Notes: generated from the sequence alone by a model not told the origin. A stretch of DNA of 64,000 nucleotides from Sulfolobales archaeon (GCA_038867615.1 JAWBYA010000007.1:1-64000); one strand, 5' to 3'. Positions 1 to 10,468 are shown, counted from the stretch's first letter. Numbers and translations are program-made.

Positions 1-615
1 AACATCCACAGCTATATAACCACTAGGCTTATATAACCTAACATCCTTTCTAAAAATGAGATATATGATCAACCTTCTTTCCTTTCTATCAAGCTTTATC
101 CTTGCCTCGGATGCTAGCCTCCAGCCGGAGTTGATATATTTATAGAATTGCTTGTGAGGAACTAGATCTACCTTGATCAATCCTCTATGCGTCGATATAG
201 CTATCCTTGTTAAGCCCTCAAGCCTCCATAGGTGGTCGTCTAGCCATATCGAGATCCTCCTCACGCTAGGATATTCCTTATTCGTTGATCCTTCTTTCTT
301 TAGCTTTAGAAAACTCTTAACCCTTGTGGATGCATCCTGACAAGCCGTGTGAACATAGTGCGATGGTAGGTGGGGATAGAGGTTACGCATCTCTCGGTAT
401 TTTAGGGCTTTAAGTTTTATGAATGATGTTATCCCCTCTTTAGCAGCACATATTACTAGCTGCTCAACCACATTCCTATACGTATCCTCAAGTTCTATGA
501 AAATCCTGAACAGTTTCTTAGGTATCCTCTCAGATCTAACAATAACCGTTCTCGTAACAATCGAAGCATCTTCTCCATCGGTAAGCGCTAGGGATGCTTG
601 TAAGAAGCAGCCCAC
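1..615 (-). CDS. tnpB: TnpB-family RNA-guided endonuclease (IS200/IS605/IS607 accessory), 3'-truncated by window edge
   Basis: Manual translation (absent from ORF track): GTG at 615, open to position 1. Reads ...TRTVIVRSERIP...LYPHLPSHYVHTACQDASTRVKSF...IWLDDHLW...GWRLASEARI...YLIFRKDV...GYIAVDV. The LPSHY..TACQDAS motif and RuvC-I 'IAVDV' are typical of Thermoprotei TnpB. No tnpA upstream. Confidence 0.88.
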   Translation of the reverse strand, partial: MGCFLQASLALTDGEDASIVTRTVIVRSERIPKKLFRIFIELEDTYRNVVEQLVICAAKEGITSFIKLKALKYREMRNLYPHLPSHYVHTACQDASTRVKSFLKLKKEGSTNKEYPSVRRISIWLDDHLWRLEGLTRIAISTHRGLIKVDLVPHKQFYKYINSGWRLASEARIKLDRKERRLIIYLIFRKDVRLYKPSGYIAVDV

Positions 616-635
616 CAGAATATGCTTAGTGAGAG

Positions 636-652
636 CCTTATAAATCTTTCCC
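636..652 (-). promoter_or_regulatory. BRE/TATA promoter of tnpB
   Basis: Minus strand GGGAAAGATTTATAAGG, about 25-30 nt before the GTG start. Confidence 0.55.
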
Positions 653-1284
653 TATAGTATTGATTGTGAATAGCTTCTCAACATTATAAGCTTCAATAGT
701 TAGGGATGCCTCTAAAGCTTACAAACATTTCCTGAGAGCATAAAAAAGAAAACAGCCCTATATAGGGACTTCTGAGGCATAACGTATAGAGATAGGTTGA
801 ATGGGGATTTGTAAAAACACTTAAGAGGCTAGAAATTAAGAGATCGCTTCTACAAGCAGATAGAAGCGATATATAGAGCACAAGGCAGGTAGCTAGGTCA
901 CGTCGATAATCTAGAGGTAAGCGATAATGACGCATCTATAGTGGCTGACATTTCGAATACGGAGTTCATAAAAGATCCTTGATAAGTTTGTAGTGATCAC
1001 AAGCTAGATAAAGCTGTATAATAAGCCAGTTCTATTAATAGTAGGTCGCGAGAGGCACGGCTGATCTGCTGAATGTAGTACTAAAGATAACGCTGGGCCT
1101 GACTTTATAGGTAGACTAGGTTTTTGTGAGATCTTTGAGTAGCAAATAGCTTTCTATGTGAGAGCAATGAGCAATACTTCAAGAAGATCTCTGGATTGCT
1201 CTGTATAGTTAAATAGCTATATGGCTATTTGTTTACGTGGTTATTAGTTATTAATACCTTAGGATCTATAGAAACGAAGGCTGG

Positions 1285-3330
1285 TTGAGGTTAAGGGTTG
1301 CTAGATATATTGGGGTTAGCGAGGGGGTTGCTGAGACCGGATATAGGGTTTTCCTAGATCTTCTTGGGCACGTGGTTGCTAGGCTTGGTGGGGATAAGAG
1401 AGATATTGCTGAGATCCTCGGTAGACTTGGGATCGCGATGCCCAAGGATCTTCTTAAAATTATTGCTAGGGATGTTGAGGATAAGATCAGGATCCTGGGT
1501 TCTGATGAGATCATGCGCTACCAGGAGATCGTTGCAGAGATCCTTGCAGAAACGCGTGGCACTAGGCAGCTTGGTTCTTCACTAATATATGCCGCTAGGG
1601 TTGCTTCGATCCTTGCTAGCAGCCTTGTTAGTAGCAGGGATCTAGTGCTCGGCGATCCATTTGTGGGTAGTGGGTTGATTATTAGAAGGATTGTTGATTC
1701 CTTGGGCTCTGGGAGGGTTTCCAGAGTATGGGGGTTGGGGTCTAACCCCTTAGGATCTCTTGCGGCTTACGCCTCGCTTATAGATGTTCTCGATCCTGGC
1801 AGGGTTTCTATCCTTGTACGTGATCCTTTTGACGAGATCTATAGATCCTTCTCCTCTAATGATTGGCAGCAATATAGCTCGGATGTCGTGCTAGTAAACC
1901 CGATCTTCCTCGAGGATGATAGGGTTTTGAGGGAGAGGCTTCCAGAGATCTATAGAACGCTTCTCCTCCTAGGATATGGAGAGTATGTGATTAAGAGGAA
2001 GCTAAGGCTCTCAACAGCATCCATTCTCCTCGCGGATAGTGTTTTGAAACCAGGAGGGGTTCTAATAGCATTCACCCCAGCGTATACCCTCTACAGGATT
2101 TCGAGTGCCGGTGTTAGGATTATTCTGAGGGATAGGTATAGTGTTGCCGCGATCCTTGAGGGACCTGTAACCTCTTTCTCGGGGAAGAGATCTCTGAAGG
2201 AGGTTGTGATCGCTGCCCGTAAAGCCAGGCTACCTGGCTGGGAGACGGTATTGATAAGGATCGATTCTCCAAGCGGTATAGAGGATATCGTGAAAACCCT
2301 TAGAGGGCGGAGTGGCGAGGAGGTTTATGTGAACAGGATAGCCCTGAGATCTCTGTGGGGTTCTGCCCAGAGGAGCTGGATCCATTTCTTCCGGCTCGGC
2401 GGATATGATGAGAGGTTTGTAGAGATCTTCAGGGATCTTATGGATAGCGGTAGGCTTGCAGAGCTTAGGAGTGTTGCGAGAGATATTGTTATAAAGAAGG
2501 GTATTCTTATCAGGGCTCCAAGGTTCTTTATACTCCCCAACAGGTATTGGGGTATAAGGTATAGGGATAGATCCTCTACTGTGATTTTCAATAAAGAGGA
2601 TCTCAGCGAGCTTGAGATAAGCAACGAGAACCTCTTACCCATTATCAGGAGGTCTAAGAAAAAGAGAGGACCTTATGGTCTAAGGCTTGTTGAGTCTCCA
2701 GAGCATTATATCTTATCAATACCTCCAAAGAGTCTCGGGAGAATCGATAGGGATATTGTTAAATATATAGAATGGGGGCTTAGATCCCGTGTTGTCGAGG
2801 GTGTGGTGAGGATCTATGGTGATAAGTGGTATAGCTATGCCTATAAAGAGATCAATGCTAGAAGACCCATAGCAGATCTCTTTGTCTCGAGAGCCGTGTG
2901 GAAGAGTACAAAGATGCATGGTGCTAACGCTTTGATGGTTGATAAACCAGCCCTCGCCGGGGATAGCTTCTTCGCCGTAATCGGGGGTGAGAAGGGTTTG
3001 AGATGCTTCCTCACAGTCTGGTTTAACAGCACCTTCTTCCTCTACATGTTCTCGAGGATCGGGAAGATTCTTGATCATAGGTGGGGGATGATCTCAAGCG
3101 AGGATTTCCTCTCACTACCAGCTCCAAGGATTATTGGTAGGGATATCTATAGATATGCTGAGGAGATCATATCTAAATACGGCTCCCAACAACTCCCCCC
3201 ACTCTCAACCCAGCTGAGTGAGGGTAGCAGGGTTAGGGATGAGATAGACTCGCTAGTATCATGGCTGCTAGGGCTGGGGGATGAGGAGATTAGGGGTATG
3301 AGGAGAGGTCTCCTAGAGATCCTTCCCTAG
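1285..3330 (+). CDS. N6-adenine DNA methyltransferase-like protein (gamma class/Eco57I-like) with degenerate motifs
   Basis: Motif I DPFVGSG; motif IV reads VNPIF instead of NPP(Y/F); LKPGG motif; long C-terminal TRD-like region. Confidence 0.7.
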   Translation: MRLRVARYIGVSEGVAETGYRVFLDLLGHVVARLGGDKRDIAEILGRLGIAMPKDLLKIIARDVEDKIRILGSDEIMRYQEIVAEILAETRGTRQLGSSLIYAARVASILASSLVSSRDLVLGDPFVGSGLIIRRIVDSLGSGRVSRVWGLGSNPLGSLAAYASLIDVLDPGRVSILVRDPFDEIYRSFSSNDWQQYSSDVVLVNPIFLEDDRVLRERLPEIYRTLLLLGYGEYVIKRKLRLSTASILLADSVLKPGGVLIAFTPAYTLYRISSAGVRIILRDRYSVAAILEGPVTSFSGKRSLKEVVIAARKARLPGWETVLIRIDSPSGIEDIVKTLRGRSGEEVYVNRIALRSLWGSAQRSWIHFFRLGGYDERFVEIFRDLMDSGRLAELRSVARDIVIKKGILIRAPRFFILPNRYWGIRYRDRSSTVIFNKEDLSELEISNENLLPIIRRSKKKRGPYGLRLVESPEHYILSIPPKSLGRIDRDIVKYIEWGLRSRVVEGVVRIYGDKWYSYAYKEINARRPIADLFVSRAVWKSTKMHGANALMVDKPALAGDSFFAVIGGEKGLRCFLTVWFNSTFFLYMFSRIGKILDHRWGMISSEDFLSLPAPRIIGRDIYRYAEEIISKYGSQQLPPLSTQLSEGSRVRDEIDSLVSWLLGLGDEEIRGMRRGLLEILP

Positions 3331-3331
3331 C

Positions 3332-4606
3332 TTAGCATGAGGAGAATCTACATGAATCCTCGTTACCTGTAGCTGGCTTCTTAGCACTCGGAGTTATTCT
3401 TGCTAGGGTTTCTCCAAGCCTCTCTATCTCCTCCTCCAGGTTATATATATGGGGGCTTGCCCTCACACTCTTCTCTATCCCGAGGCTCTTGTGGAGTGGG
3501 TATGCACAGTGATGCCCAGATCTAACGGCTATTCCCTCGAGGTCTAGTTGGAATGCTAGTTGGTGTGGATCTATCCCCTTTATGTTGAAGCTCAGAACGC
3601 CTGTTCCTTTCTCGGGGGGTGGGCTGTAGATCTCGATCCTATCCTCTAGATATTCCCTCAAGATCTTCTCCCCATATGCTTGGAGCCTTCTGAGATAGCT
3701 TAGCACGTTATCCATCCCTATCTCTCTGAGGAACCTGGCTGCCTCGCCAAGCCCCACGATCCCCTCTATATTGGGTGTTCCTGGAACGAATCTCCAGGGC
3801 ATGTTTTCGAATACAACCTCAAGGCTCTCGGGATCTATTTTCACTATCATACCACTCCCAGCCTTTCCGGGTTCGAGCCTCTCTCCAAGATCTTTTCTCA
3901 GGTATAGAACCCCGGTTCCTGAGGGGCCGAACATTTTGTGTCCGCTGAATACACCAGCGTCTATCCCTAGTTCTTTTACATCGACCTTCATGTGGGATAT
4001 GCTCTGGGCTAGGTCTCCAATGCATAGGGCTCCTTCTTTTGATGCGATGCCACATATCTCTCTTATGGGGTTTATAACGCCGTTCACGTTGCTCACATGG
4101 ACTGCGATAACAGCTTTGATCCTTCCGATCTTCTCGAATTTCTCTTTAAGAGACTCTATGCTTACCTCCCCATACCTATTAACATCGATCCACACGATCC
4201 TGCACCCCCTGAGCCTGCACACATATCTCCAAGGCATTATAGTGCTGTGATGCTCAGCCCTGGTAAGGGCTATATAGTCACCCTCACCAAGGCTTGGGGC
4301 TAGGGTTAGGGCTATCATGTTCATAGCATCAGTAGAATTAAACGTCGGTACAACCTCCTCAGGATCAGAGCCTATGAGCCTCGCTATCGATTCGAGAGAC
4401 TCCTCAACAACCCTTGTAGCTTCGAGGGAGAGGCTATACACACCTCTCCTAACTGTCGCATAGCTCTTCTCATAGAAGTTCTTAACAGCCTCTATAACAG
4501 ATCTAGGCTTAGGCGTTGTAGCATTATTATCTAAATAGATATACCCTTTCTTCTCCAGCTCCAGGATCTCGGGGAACTCCCCCCTGACCCTGCGGGGATC
4601 TAGCAC
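3332..4606 (-). CDS. sufS: Cysteine desulfurase, SufS family
   Basis: YLDNNATT, FSGHKMFGPSG (PLP lysine), VRSGHHCA catalytic Cys motif. Confidence 0.93.
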   Translation of the reverse strand: MLDPRRVRGEFPEILELEKKGYIYLDNNATTPKPRSVIEAVKNFYEKSYATVRRGVYSLSLEATRVVEESLESIARLIGSDPEEVVPTFNSTDAMNMIALTLAPSLGEGDYIALTRAEHHSTIMPWRYVCRLRGCRIVWIDVNRYGEVSIESLKEKFEKIGRIKAVIAVHVSNVNGVINPIREICGIASKEGALCIGDLAQSISHMKVDVKELGIDAGVFSGHKMFGPSGTGVLYLRKDLGERLEPGKAGSGMIVKIDPESLEVVFENMPWRFVPGTPNIEGIVGLGEAARFLREIGMDNVLSYLRRLQAYGEKILREYLEDRIEIYSPPPEKGTGVLSFNIKGIDPHQLAFQLDLEGIAVRSGHHCAYPLHKSLGIEKSVRASPHIYNLEEEIERLGETLARITPSAKKPATGNEDSCRFSSC

Positions 4607-4693
4607 AAATAGGGACCACCGAGAATAATTCCCCCGAGTGCTTATAAATAGATAGTGCCAAACGCGTAGCTGCTTCTAATATTACCTTTTTCT

Positions 4694-5311
4694 CTAGTCT
4701 ATCACGCTTCCGTATATAGTATTGATTCCAAGCTCTCTGGCTCTCTCAAGAGCTTCTCTATCTATATTTACAGCTATGATTACTATTCTTTTCACATTAC
4801 CAATAAGCTGTCTTGTTCTTTCAACTTTCTCGTATAACCAGTCTATATCTTCTCTCTCAGCTCTTGATTTAATGTCTATTACGGTCGCGCCTCTATCTTC
4901 TGAAATTACATAGAACTCGTATCTGGTTCCTTTCACACCAAGCTTTCCCTCGAGATCTACGTGTTCGAATCTTCTAGCCTCTCTGGGATCTATCCCTAGC
5001 TGTACTAGTTTATCTCTATAGAGGTGCAGGATTACTTTCTCGAGATCTCTTCCAACGCTCTTTCCAATTCTCCCAATAGAGCTCTCAATGGAGATCTTAA
5101 ACTCCACCAATGTCTTGCAGTAATCATCCATCTCTATATAGTTTTCTAGGGTCTCTATGCACTCCTCTATCACTCCTCTGTATTTCTTTAATTCTTCTGG
5201 ACTGTTTCTTGAAGCATTGATCTTCTTTTCCGCAGCTGCTTTAGGCTCTGTTGTGTCTTTTCTCTTGATATAGCCTGGTGTCTTATCTATGCTCTCTTCT
5301 CTGCTATTCAA
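4694..5311 (-). CDS. Coiled-coil + PD-(D/E)XK-like (DUF3782-type) crenarchaeal protein
   Basis: RYEFYV...VIDIKS motif and C-terminal 'IDREALERARELGI', typical of this archaeal family. Confidence 0.55.
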   Translation of the reverse strand: MNSREESIDKTPGYIKRKDTTEPKAAAEKKINASRNSPEELKKYRGVIEECIETLENYIEMDDYCKTLVEFKISIESSIGRIGKSVGRDLEKVILHLYRDKLVQLGIDPREARRFEHVDLEGKLGVKGTRYEFYVISEDRGATVIDIKSRAEREDIDWLYEKVERTRQLIGNVKRIVIIAVNIDREALERARELGINTIYGSVID

Positions 5312-5425
5312 GGCTGTTTCAGTGGATATTATACTTCGTCTCTATTAAATATAAGTGATCATAGCGATCTAGTTATATATAGACTATATCTATATTTCTT
5401 TTTATTTCTTTTTGGATATTTTGGT

Positions 5426-6400
5426 TTGGTATTTAGCTTGAGGGTGCTTGTGACTGGGGCTGCTGGTTTTATTGGGAGCTTTTTGGTTGAGAGGCTTCTT
5501 GGTCTTGGTTATAGTGTTGTTGGTCTTGATAACCTATCCTCTGGGAGTCTTGAGAATCTCTCCAAGGCTATGGGTATGCCTGGGTTTAGGTTTGTTAGGG
5601 CTGATCTTCTAGATCCCTCCTCACTAGATGAGGATCTCTTTAGGGTTGATGCTATCTTCCACATGGCTGCTAACCCCGAGGTTAGGCATTCCACGAGAGA
5701 TCCTCTGGATCATTATCACCAGAACCTCACAGCAACTATGAATGCTCTTGAGAGGGCTAGGAGGTTTGGTGCTAGGCTCTTCGTGTTCGCCTCTAGCAGC
5801 ACTGTTTATGGTGATGCCGAGATCATACCCACGCCAGAGGATCATCCTCTAAGGCCTATAAGCGTTTATGGCGCTACCAAGGCTGCTGGAGAGATTCTCT
5901 GCCAAACCTACTCCAGGCTCTATGGGTTAAAATGCCTGGTTCTTAGGTATGCCAATATCATTGGCCCGAGGCTTAAGCATGGAGTGATCTATGATTTTAT
6001 AAACAAGCTGAGGAGTAATAGCGAGGAGTTAGAGATCCTTGGCGATGGTTCTCAGAGGAAGAGCTACCTCTACATAGACGATGCTGTGGATGCAACGATC
6101 AAGGCTTTTGAAAAAATGCTTAATAGCGATGATGCGGAGGAGGTCTATAACATCGGTAACAAGGACTGGGTAACTGTTATAGAGATAGCGGATATAGTGA
6201 CAAAAGCTATGGGGCTCAGGGGGGTTAGGTATAGATTCTCGCCAGCAACACCTGATGGGAGGGGATGGCCTGGGGATGTTAAGCTAATGCTTCTAGACAT
6301 ATCTAGGCTTGAGAGGAGGATAGGATGGATCCCTAGCCTGAGTAGTAGAGATGCTGTTAGGAGAACAGCGGCCGAGATGATCTCTAACGCGTATGGATAG
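5426..6400 (+). CDS. NAD-dependent epimerase/dehydratase (UDP-glucose 4-epimerase-like)
   Basis: TGAAGFIG, SSSTVYG, YGATK SDR motifs. Confidence 0.9.
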   Translation: MVFSLRVLVTGAAGFIGSFLVERLLGLGYSVVGLDNLSSGSLENLSKAMGMPGFRFVRADLLDPSSLDEDLFRVDAIFHMAANPEVRHSTRDPLDHYHQNLTATMNALERARRFGARLFVFASSSTVYGDAEIIPTPEDHPLRPISVYGATKAAGEILCQTYSRLYGLKCLVLRYANIIGPRLKHGVIYDFINKLRSNSEELEILGDGSQRKSYLYIDDAVDATIKAFEKMLNSDDAEEVYNIGNKDWVTVIEIADIVTKAMGLRGVRYRFSPATPDGRGWPGDVKLMLLDISRLERRIGWIPSLSSRDAVRRTAAEMISNAYG

Positions 6401-6482
6401 GATATCTAGATCCCTTGAAAGGTTTTAAGATTCTGCTGAATCGCTATTATCTTTAGCCATCTATATATGTTGGATAGGGTTT

Positions 6483-8114
6483 GTGGATTACACGGGGGTG
6501 GCGGGGTTCTCGAGCTCTAGTGCTATGTATAGGATGAAGGTTTGCAGTGTTGATGAGATGAGGAGGATAGATAGTGAGGCTCCCAAATATGGTCTGGATC
6601 ATCTCCTCCTAATGGAGGACGCTGGCTCTGCTGTATACTCGGTTGCTCTCGAGATCCTTGGCAGCGTTATCGATAAGAAGATCCTTGTGATCGCTGGGAG
6701 CGGTAATAATGGTGGAGACGCCCTGGTAGCTGCCAGGAGACTCCATGCTGCTGGGGCTGTTGTTAGGGTTGCGTTTATAGGCGATCCTGGGAGGGCTTCT
6801 GATCTTACGAGAAGAAATCTCGAGATGGTCTTGAGCATGGGGATCGAGGTTAGCTTTGTCAGGGAGCAGAGCGAGATATCCTCTCTAGAGAAGATGCTTA
6901 GCTGGTGTGACGCCTGCATAGTTGGTTTGATCGGGATTGGGCTTAGGGGGGATGTTAGGGGGATCTATAGGGATGTTATCGAGACTATAAACAGATCTGG
7001 GAGGACTGTTATAAGCGTTGACATACCCTCGGGGATAGATGGTGATAGTGGTGCTGTGAGGGGCATTGCTGTTAGATCCACAGCAACCGTTACCATGGGT
7101 TTGCCCAAGTTCGGCAATATTCTCTACCCGGGCTACCAGTACTGTGGAAGGCTCTATGTATCCCACCTCTCCTATCCTAGAAAGCTTCTCGAAGGGGTTT
7201 CTGCAGAGCTTAACACACCGATCCCTCTTCCCGAGAGGGTTAGGTGGGGTCATAAGGGGGTTTTTGGAAAGTTCCTAGCTATAGCTGGGTCTAGGTATTA
7301 CTATGGTGCTCCCTACTATACATCCTACTCCTTCTTAAAGGCTGGCGGTGGTTATTCGAGGCTTGCAGCACCTAAATCTGTGATCCCGTATATTGCTGCT
7401 AGGTGTAGTGAGGTTGTATACATACCTCTCGAGGAGACTAGCGAGGGTAGTATTGCTATGAATAGCTATGAGGCTATACTGAGGCTTATAGAGGAGGCTG
7501 GGATAGATATAGTTGCCCTCGGCCCTGGTGTGTCTCTTAATAGCGAGACACAGGAGCTTGTTAGAATGCTTGTTGAGGCTATCGATAGGCCTTTGATCAT
7601 AGATGGTGATGGGATCACAGCGATCTCAAAGGATCCTGGTAGGGTTAAGGGGAGGAAGGCTCCGACTATAATAACGCCCCATGTTGTTGAGTTCTCAAGG
7701 CTTGTTGGTGTTGATCTTAAGAAGATCCAGGAGGATCCTGTTGGTAGTCTTAGGAGTGCTTGCAGGGATCTTGGATCATATATAGTGCTTAAAGGAGCCC
7801 ACACAATGATCTGTTACCCCGATGGCTATATCTATATAAACATGACTGGAAACCCTGGGATGGCTAAGGCTGGCTCGGGCGATGTTCTCACAGGAGCTAT
7901 AGCTGCTATGTATGGTGCTGGGTATAGAGATCCTGGTGCTGCTGCCAGGATGGGTGTCCTGATCCACGGGCTTGCCGGGGATCTGGCTGCAGAGGATCTT
8001 GGCGAGGATGGCGTGACCCCTGATGATATTCTCAACTATCTGCCGAAAGCCGTGAGGATCTTGAGGGAGGATCCTGGGTATATTGTTGAGAAATACATGC
8101 CGAGGGTTGTTTAG
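6483..8114 (+). CDS. nnr: Bifunctional NAD(P)HX epimerase/dehydratase (true start probably ATG at 6525 or 6534)
   Basis: GSGNNGGD, VDIPSG, HKGVFG, IITPH..EF, GNPGMAKAGSGDVL. Confidence 0.93.
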   Translation: MDYTGVAGFSSSSAMYRMKVCSVDEMRRIDSEAPKYGLDHLLLMEDAGSAVYSVALEILGSVIDKKILVIAGSGNNGGDALVAARRLHAAGAVVRVAFIGDPGRASDLTRRNLEMVLSMGIEVSFVREQSEISSLEKMLSWCDACIVGLIGIGLRGDVRGIYRDVIETINRSGRTVISVDIPSGIDGDSGAVRGIAVRSTATVTMGLPKFGNILYPGYQYCGRLYVSHLSYPRKLLEGVSAELNTPIPLPERVRWGHKGVFGKFLAIAGSRYYYGAPYYTSYSFLKAGGGYSRLAAPKSVIPYIAARCSEVVYIPLEETSEGSIAMNSYEAILRLIEEAGIDIVALGPGVSLNSETQELVRMLVEAIDRPLIIDGDGITAISKDPGRVKGRKAPTIITPHVVEFSRLVGVDLKKIQEDPVGSLRSACRDLGSYIVLKGAHTMICYPDGYIYINMTGNPGMAKAGSGDVLTGAIAAMYGAGYRDPGAAARMGVLIHGLAGDLAAEDLGEDGVTPDDILNYLPKAVRILREDPGYIVEKYMPRVV

Positions 8115-8189
8115 CATTGCTAGCTATATATATTCTCCCATATCCTCTGACTCTTCGGCTCTGTCTCAAACGGCTTGGTGGCCTGCTAG

Positions 8190-9359
8190 ATGGATAGGAA
8201 CCTGGCTATAATGATCATATCGGCTGCTCTTTCAAGCCTCTCAAGCTCTATCTATATATACCAGGCTAGGTTCTACGCAACACAGGAGGGCTTCGACTAT
8301 GGTGTTCAATCCATATATGAGGTTTACTCCTACGCGGTTTCTATCTTCCTCGTACTAGGGGCTGGTTTTCTCTCCGACGTGCTTGGGAGGAGGTTCTTCA
8401 CATTCCTAGCCTATTTCCTAGGCTTTGTATCCGCATCCTCTCTAGCACTCCTCCCCAGCTGGGTTGGTTTTCCTCTAAGCATTATTCTCTATAACTCGGC
8501 CTTCGCGCTGGTTATTGTTGCTAGGAATGTGCTTGTCATCGACCTAGCGGGTCCTCTTACTGCGAGGTGGCTTGGCTATATAATGACGGCATCATCGATC
8601 TTCATGGTTGTTGGACCTATAGCTGGTTCCACTTTTAGAGAGTGGCTTGGCTATAGGGGTCTCTTCACCCTCCTCTCGATCCTATGGTTAATGGCATCGA
8701 TATCCTTTCTATATATAGATGAACCCCGCGCCAGGATCAATAGATCTAATGCTTCTATCCCCACCCCCGAAGAGATCCTTGGCTTCATCGCTTCTCTGAG
8801 AAATCTATGGCCAATAACCCTTTATAGCTGTATCGATAGGTTTTCTTTCTACCTATGGATGCCCCTCATATCAGCATATTTCTCTGAGAAAGGGTTTAGC
8901 GATAGCGAGGTCGCGATCCTCTATGCTGTTCAGAACCTAACATGGTTCCTAGGATCCTATGCCTTTGGCCTGCTCGCCGAGTCGAGGGCTATCTATGTAC
9001 TCGCACTCTCAGAGGCACTAACAGGGCTGTCGGCTCTAGCTATGTCGATAAACCCTGTACCCGGGGCTCTTGCTCCCTATATATCATTCATACTCATGGG
9101 CGCCTCTATAGCCTCGTGGATACCCTCGTATAACGCGATTCTAGGGAGCCTTGTTACAAGCCATGCTAGGGGTGGTTTGTACTCAACGATATACGTGCTA
9201 GCCACGGTGGCTGGGCTACCCGCCCCCTATATAGGATCCATGATCAGATCTCTCTTCGGCGGCGAAGCCCATTTTCTAGCATCTTTCGCTATATCGACCT
9301 CTAATGCCCTTTTCCTCCTACTCTTTATAAAGAAGAGATATGAGATCCAAGCCCGGTAG
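8190..9359 (+). CDS. MFS transporter
   Basis: About 12 hydrophobic segments; GFLSDVLGRR motif A. Confidence 0.88.
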   Translation: MDRNLAIMIISAALSSLSSSIYIYQARFYATQEGFDYGVQSIYEVYSYAVSIFLVLGAGFLSDVLGRRFFTFLAYFLGFVSASSLALLPSWVGFPLSIILYNSAFALVIVARNVLVIDLAGPLTARWLGYIMTASSIFMVVGPIAGSTFREWLGYRGLFTLLSILWLMASISFLYIDEPRARINRSNASIPTPEEILGFIASLRNLWPITLYSCIDRFSFYLWMPLISAYFSEKGFSDSEVAILYAVQNLTWFLGSYAFGLLAESRAIYVLALSEALTGLSALAMSINPVPGALAPYISFILMGASIASWIPSYNAILGSLVTSHARGGLYSTIYVLATVAGLPAPYIGSMIRSLFGGEAHFLASFAISTSNALFLLLFIKKRYEIQAR

Positions 9360-9491
9360 CAGTTAGTATTGTTCTTTCCTAGCCTCTCTACTTTTAGCCT
9401 GTTGCTTGTTATAAAACAATAAGGATCTAGAGGGTGACGATCGCTATGGATAAGGCTATAGAACTTTGTGAAGGCATCGTGTTGTGTTTAA

Positions 9492-9788
9492 TCATAGCTC
9501 CTCTTCTTCTTCCTCTTCCTCTTCTTCCTCGTATTTTGGTGCATAGCCCCAGCTCTTTATGCCTTTTTCGCATTCTCTAAGATGGTTGAGTACGTCGATC
9601 TCTGTTAACAGGTAGGTTGTTTCTTCTGGGATGATGCTTCTCGTTCTCTGACCCTCGGGGCAGAGTTTATCGGGATCTGTGCATCTGGGGCATACGTACA
9701 TTCCTGTAACCTTATCTCTGCATAGTGTTATCTCTCTATCGCCTATCTTTATCCTAACCCTCTCCCACTCGGGGTTCCACTGATACAT
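9492..9788 (-). CDS. Small conserved crenarchaeal CxxC (Zn-binding) protein with poly-Glu tail
   Basis: CPRC motif, later His/Cys, C-terminal E11 run. Confidence 0.65.
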   Translation of the reverse strand: MYQWNPEWERVRIKIGDREITLCRDKVTGMYVCPRCTDPDKLCPEGQRTRSIIPEETTYLLTEIDVLNHLRECEKGIKSWGYAPKYEEEEEEEEEEEL

Positions 9789-9940
9789 GTTCTCCTAGAT
9801 ATCTATCTCCTATGCTTCTTATTAGTGGAAGCGATCGGGTTTTCTAGAACCTCTCTTCCAGGGTTCCACGTTATATATTTCTCTGGATCTATATGGTTTT
9901 CCTCTCGGCAGGGATTTATATCTGTTGCATGTTAATAATG

Positions 9941-10468
9941 CTAATCGCGGCATTCTCTAAGCCTTTTCTCTATGGCTTCTATAGCTTCTAGGTGTGTTTT
10001 GAAATCCTTCCATGCTTGGAGGAATACTATCCTGCCTATATTCCTGTATATTGAGTCTAGATGTATTGTTCTATCATCTATATAGACGATCCTGCAGAGG
10101 GAGTATTGGATGCCTCTGCTCTTCAGCATGGAGAGGAGTTTGGAGATCATGATATCCTTGTTGGGGTGGTTCTCTATCATGTGTTGGTGGAAGAGATCGC
10201 TTATCCCGAAGGCTTTGAGAACGCCTAGAGCTTTCTCAGGATCGTTCCAGCTGAGGCTTGAGATATAGGCGCCCGAAGATCTTGCCCAGAGCAATATTTT
10301 CAGAGCTTCGGGGTATAGGTTAACCTCAACCCCTCTCGAATCAACAACCTTGGTTTCTGAGACCCTCTTGAAGGGTGGTGTGAGGTCTGTGACGTTCTTA
10401 TGATCCCACATAGTACCGTCTAGATCCATTAGGAGGAGGAAGCTTCCCAGCACTCTTGCCCTCCACAC
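9941..10468 (-). CDS. Magnesium-dependent phosphatase-1 (HAD IIIC)
   Basis: DLDGTMWDH, SWN, YIDDR motifs. Confidence 0.85.
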   Translation of the reverse strand: MWRARVLGSFLLLMDLDGTMWDHKNVTDLTPPFKRVSETKVVDSRGVEVNLYPEALKILLWARSSGAYISSLSWNDPEKALGVLKAFGISDLFHQHMIENHPNKDIMISKLLSMLKSRGIQYSLCRIVYIDDRTIHLDSIYRNIGRIVFLQAWKDFKTHLEAIEAIEKRLRECRD

